Source of the DNA: Acidobacteriota bacterium
Lineage (GTDB): Bacteria; Acidobacteriota; Vicinamibacteria; Vicinamibacterales; UBA2999
DNA length: 64,000 nt
Direction: 5' to 3'
Assembly: GCA_947482665.1 (NCBI GenBank)
Contig: CANKJK010000001.1
Coordinates: forward strand, 294,457-358,456
The position numbers and the translations under genes are program-made. Positions 60,340 to 64,000 of this stretch are shown here, piece after piece (position 1 is the stretch's first letter; the number at the start of each line of letters is the position of its first letter). The notes beneath the pieces were generated by a model. It had not been told where the DNA came from, searched no databases, and worked only from the letters and a program-made list of their open reading frames with translations.

Positions 60340-60693
60340 ATGGATGGGATCAGAGACCTGGATGTTGTCACGGCCCTTCGGCGTCAGATGACGATCTCGG
60401 CTGCGCGCCAGGTCGCCTCCGCAGGCAACCTCGCAAACGCCGAGACCCCCGGCTACGAAGCCGTTGAGCCAACCTTTGCGGACACCCTCGCCAGCAGCGT
60501 GAGTGACCCCGGAGCGCTATCGGTCGGCGTGCAACCCGTACCCGGCCTTCCCGCTCGTCGCGATGGCAACACCGTACAAGTGGATCGCGAACTGCTCACC
60601 ATGGGACGCGCCGCAGGCGACTTTGCCGCGGCACAGACCGCTCTGGCCGCCAAGTTCCGGCTGGTCCGCTACGCCATCAACGAGGGCCGGTAA
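60340..60693 (+). CDS. flgB: Flagellar basal-body rod protein FlgB
   Basis: RQ....NLANAETPGY, R.DGNTV.VD.E. Confidence 0.9.
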   Translation: MDGIRDLDVVTALRRQMTISAARQVASAGNLANAETPGYEAVEPTFADTLASSVSDPGALSVGVQPVPGLPARRDGNTVQVDRELLTMGRAAGDFAAAQTALAAKFRLVRYAINEGR

Positions 60694-60695
60694 GT

Positions 60696-61124
60696 ATGGC
60701 TACCCTCAACGCCGCGATGTCGGCGAGCGCCAGCGCGCTCGCGGTCCAGCGAACGCGCATCGAAGTCGCTGTGTCCAACATGGCCAATGCCGAGTCCACG
60801 AAGGGCGCCAATGGCCAGCCGTACAGGCGCAGGAACGTGCTGCTGGCGCCAGAGCCGGTGGCGTCCTTCGACGCCACGCTTGGGGGCATGCAGGCCACCG
60901 GCGTGCAGGTCACCGGCATCACCGAGGACCAGACGCCGTTCAAGCGACGGTATGACCCGGGGCACCCGGATGCGGATCCCGACGGCTTCGTGTCGATGCC
61001 GAACATCGACGCCCCCGAGGAAATGGTCGACATGATGGGCGCCGCCCGTGCCTATCAGGCGAACCTCGCGGCCATCGGCATGATCCGGGATCTCGTCAAC
61101 AAGTCATTGGAGCTGGGGAAGTAA
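60696..61124 (+). CDS. flgC: Flagellar basal-body rod protein FlgC
   Basis: NMANAEST, PYRR, YDPGHPDA...G.V.MPN, EMVDM..A.RAYQAN. Confidence 0.95.
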   Translation: MATLNAAMSASASALAVQRTRIEVAVSNMANAESTKGANGQPYRRRNVLLAPEPVASFDATLGGMQATGVQVTGITEDQTPFKRRYDPGHPDADPDGFVSMPNIDAPEEMVDMMGAARAYQANLAAIGMIRDLVNKSLELGK

Positions 61125-61127
61125 GCC

Positions 61128-61421
61128 ATGCCGATTGATCGGGTGCAAGGATCGTCGTTTGAGTCGGCCCTGAAAGGGGTCTCGACAATGGCGACGGGTG
61201 GCGCGGGTGGATTTGCCGAGGCACTGCAGGGGCTGGTCAAGTCGGTCGAGGAGTCATCGGCCGGCGCAAACTCGGCGGTGACCGGCATGCTCGACAAGAC
61301 CAATGACGTGCACGACGCCATGATCGCGCTGCAACGGGCAGAGATGGCGCTCGAACTCACGGTGCAGGTCCGCAACAAACTCGTGGCGGCCTATCAGGAC
61401 GTCATGCGGATGCCGGTCTAG
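61128..61421 (+). CDS. fliE: Flagellar hook-basal body protein FliE
   Basis: DVHDAMIA...A......QVRNKLV.AYQDVMRMPV. Confidence 0.93.
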   Translation: MPIDRVQGSSFESALKGVSTMATGGAGGFAEALQGLVKSVEESSAGANSAVTGMLDKTNDVHDAMIALQRAEMALELTVQVRNKLVAAYQDVMRMPV

Positions 61422-61433
61422 TCAGGTTCAGAC

Positions 61434-63191
61434 GTGGCCCCACTTCCTACTCTCAAGCCTGACGAGCTCCTCGCACGCGCGCGCGTGCTGGGGGGCTCAT
61501 TCACCACGGCGCAGCTCGCGACGCTCGGTGCCGTACTCGTCGTGGTCTCTGGGCTGATCGTGTTCTCCACGCGTTGGATTGAGCAACCCAGTTACGCCGT
61601 TCTGTACTCGCGCATGGAGCCGGAGGCCGCCAGTCAGGTCGTGGCCAAGCTCAAGCAGATGAAGGTCGCCTATCAGATCGAGGACGCGGGCGGCACGCTC
61701 CGGGTACCCGCGAGCCGGGTTGATGAACTGCGTCTTGAGCTGGGTGGACAAGGGCTACCCAGCTCCGGGCGGATCGGCTTCGAGATCTTCGACAAGACGG
61801 CATTCGGCGCGACGGAGTTCATGGAGAAAGTGAACTACCGTCGAGCGCTCGAGGGAGAGATCGCCCGGACCATCGCGACGATCTCTGAGGTCGCCAGCGC
61901 GCGCGTGCACATCGCAATGGGCAAGGACAGCACGTTTGGGGAATCTCGACCGACGAAAGCATCCGTGGTGCTCAAGCTCCGCGGTCAGTCCGGTCTGCCA
62001 GCCGGCACGATCGCCGGAATTGCGGGACTGGTGGCTGGCAGTGTCGAAGGCCTTCGCCCTGAGGCTGTCGTGATTCTCGATAGCTTTGGCCGCCCACTCT
62101 CACGATCCATGGGTGACGACGACATGACAGGTGCGGCCGGGCAGCTCGAACGCCAGCAGCGCCTGGAGCACGACCTGTCCGCCAAGGTGATGGCGATGCT
62201 TGAGCCCGTGGTCGGACCGGAGCGTGTCCGCGTCAATGTCGCGCTGAAGCTGAATCCCCAGACGCGCGAGGAGACGGAGGAGCGTTGGGACCCGAATGCC
62301 GTTGTGCGGACCCGCCAGATGACGAGCGACTCGCTCGCGGGTGGTGCGACGGCGACGGGGGGAATCGTCGCGGGAGCGCGGGGGAACGCGCCACCGCCCG
62401 CCACGCCGGCGCCACTGCCCGGGCAGGCGCCGGCACAGGCCGGGAGCGCGACAGGGAGTATTGGCGGACCTGGACGGATGGCGGAGACCACTAGCTATGA
62501 GGTGAGCCGGACCATGCGGCATGTCTCCTCGCCTCCAGGCGAGGTGGCCAAGATGTCCGTGGCCGTCATTCTGGATGACGCCGTGGTGGTAAAGAAGGGC
62601 GCGGACGGCACCATCACGAGTACCCGGACGCCCCGGACACGGGAGGAACTCCAGAAGGTCCAGACGCTCGTCGCGGCGGCCGTGGGACTCGACACGGGCC
62701 GTGGTGATCAGTTGACCGTCGAGCATATGGCCTTTGACGAGCCCCCAACGGAGGAGGTCAAGGCGCCGTCGATCGTTGACCGGATCGCGCCGCGTGTGAC
62801 GGAGTGGAGTCGTCTCGGCGTCATCGCGGCCATCTCCATCTTTGCGATTCTCGTCGTCGTGCGGCCGCTGATGAGGCGGGCCGCGCCGGCGCCATCGCAG
62901 GCGACGGGAGAGCTGATGCCACGCGCGCCGAGTAGTCTCGAGTCAGCGACGGCGCCGGCCCTGATCGCGGCTCCTGGGGCGCTGGCCCAGCCGGGACCGC
63001 CTATCAGGTCCGCCGAGGACATGGAGCACGAGATTGAAGCGCAACTCGATGCCGAGACCAGCGACCTCGGCGTGGATGCCTTCCGAGTGCCCGTGCTGAC
63101 ACGGCGCATTTCGCAGATGGCCACCAAGGAGCCGGAAAATGTTGCGCGTCTGATGCGGTCATGGATGCGAGAGCGGGGAGAGCGCGCGTGA
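61434..63191 (+). CDS. fliF: Flagellar MS-ring protein FliF
   Basis: GFEIFD, RALEGEIARTI, ARVHI, ASVVL, AAVG....RGD, two TM helices. Confidence 0.95.
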   Translation: MAPLPTLKPDELLARARVLGGSFTTAQLATLGAVLVVVSGLIVFSTRWIEQPSYAVLYSRMEPEAASQVVAKLKQMKVAYQIEDAGGTLRVPASRVDELRLELGGQGLPSSGRIGFEIFDKTAFGATEFMEKVNYRRALEGEIARTIATISEVASARVHIAMGKDSTFGESRPTKASVVLKLRGQSGLPAGTIAGIAGLVAGSVEGLRPEAVVILDSFGRPLSRSMGDDDMTGAAGQLERQQRLEHDLSAKVMAMLEPVVGPERVRVNVALKLNPQTREETEERWDPNAVVRTRQMTSDSLAGGATATGGIVAGARGNAPPPATPAPLPGQAPAQAGSATGSIGGPGRMAETTSYEVSRTMRHVSSPPGEVAKMSVAVILDDAVVVKKGADGTITSTRTPRTREELQKVQTLVAAAVGLDTGRGDQLTVEHMAFDEPPTEEVKAPSIVDRIAPRVTEWSRLGVIAAISIFAILVVVRPLMRRAAPAPSQATGELMPRAPSSLESATAPALIAAPGALAQPGPPIRSAEDMEHEIEAQLDAETSDLGVDAFRVPVLTRRISQMATKEPENVARLMRSWMRERGERA

Positions 63192-64000
63192 ACCTTCAGG
63201 GACCACAGTCCGTCAGCGGCCTCACCAAGGCTGCCATCGTGGCGCTGATGCTCGGCGAGGAGGTCTCGTCTGGGCTCTTCCGCCATATGAGCGAGTCGGA
63301 GGTCGAACTGCTCGCGCAGGAGATGGCTGAGTTGGGGCCAGTGCCGGGCAACCTCGTGGAGAGGGTACTCACGGACTTTCATGCGGCCGTTGCGGCACCA
63401 TCACATGGCACGCGCGGCGGAGTGGACTACACGAGACGGGTTCTGACGAAGTCGGTGGGAGAGCCCGCCAGCCGGGCAATCATGGACCGCGTTCAGCGCG
63501 CATTCCAGTCGAATGCCGGGTTCGCCGCGATCGATAAGACCGACCCCAGCCAGCTCTCGAAGTTTATCGCCGGCGAACATCCACAAACGGTCGCGCTCAT
63601 TCTCGCGCGGCTGAATCCAACGAATGCGGCGCAGCTCATCACGATGCTGCCCGAGGCGGCCCGTGTCGACGTGCTGACGCGCATGGCCCATATCGAGGAG
63701 ATTTCCCCGGAGGTGGTCACGCGCATCTCGGACGTGATCGAATCCCGGATCAAGTCACTGGCGGGGCCGACCATGGAGCAGTCCGGCGGGCTGCGCGCGG
63801 TGGCCGATCTCTTCAATCGGCTGGACCGGAGCGTGAGTGCGCCGGTGCTGGAGGCACTGGAGGAGAAGCGGCCGGAGCTGGCCGTCTCCATCCGAAACCT
63901 GATGTTTGTCTTTGATGATTTCGTGAGCCTCGATGACACGGCGATGCGGGAGATTGTGCCGAAGATCGACAGAAAGGATCTGGTCATCGCCCTCAAAGGG
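63188..64000 (+). CDS. fliG: Flagellar motor switch protein FliG (truncated by window end)
   Basis: Not in ORF track. Manual translation from GTG 63188 gives KAAIVALMLGEE, EHPQTVALIL, MFVFDD. Confidence 0.93.
   Translation, partial: MNLQGPQSVSGLTKAAIVALMLGEEVSSGLFRHMSESEVELLAQEMAELGPVPGNLVERVLTDFHAAVAAPSHGTRGGVDYTRRVLTKSVGEPASRAIMDRVQRAFQSNAGFAAIDKTDPSQLSKFIAGEHPQTVALILARLNPTNAAQLITMLPEAARVDVLTRMAHIEEISPEVVTRISDVIESRIKSLAGPTMEQSGGLRAVADLFNRLDRSVSAPVLEALEEKRPELAVSIRNLMFVFDDFVSLDDTAMREIVPKIDRKDLVIALKG

Overview
High-GC, gene-dense chromosomal window. Gene order and content suggest Acidobacteriota, probably Vicinamibacteria (inference, not a database result). About 65 protein-coding genes; no rRNA, tRNA, CRISPR array, prophage or transposase seen. 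In order: aroC-def-fmt-rsmB-PASTA cluster interrupted by an exported-type methyltransferase; a sigma54 activator; orphan dpp/opp permeases; an ECF sigma/zinc anti-sigma pair facing a SpoIVB-like peptidase and a beta-propeller protein; an 11-gene aromatic amino acid supra-operon (aroDE, trpEGDCFBA, chorismate mutase, DAHP synthase, tyrA); thiolase; a GT4 cluster; pepA with a two-component system; the lexA-DUF3467-nth-zincin-rsmA-rnj-ftsK-amiC string; pfkB-recG-rsmD-coaD-aspC-glcD-CDGSH; a catalytically degenerate beta-lactamase-fold protein with a beta-barrel; hspR-cbpA-clpB; terC; a sigma54 regulatory trio; and the start of a flagellar operon (flgBC-fliEFG). The best signals lie outside the ORF track or in domain architecture: (1) a complete Trp/Phe/Tyr leader-peptide attenuator over the supra-operon; (2) an anti-sigma with a TonB-C-like periplasmic domain beside a circularly permuted SpoIVB protease; (3) a structured ~170-nt rnj leader; (4) tandem HAIR operators; (5) a variant LexA box; (6) recurrent near-leaderless promoters; (7) a sigma54 promoter and structured leader before flgB. 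All calls come from reading the sequence by eye; no searches or folding calculations were run.
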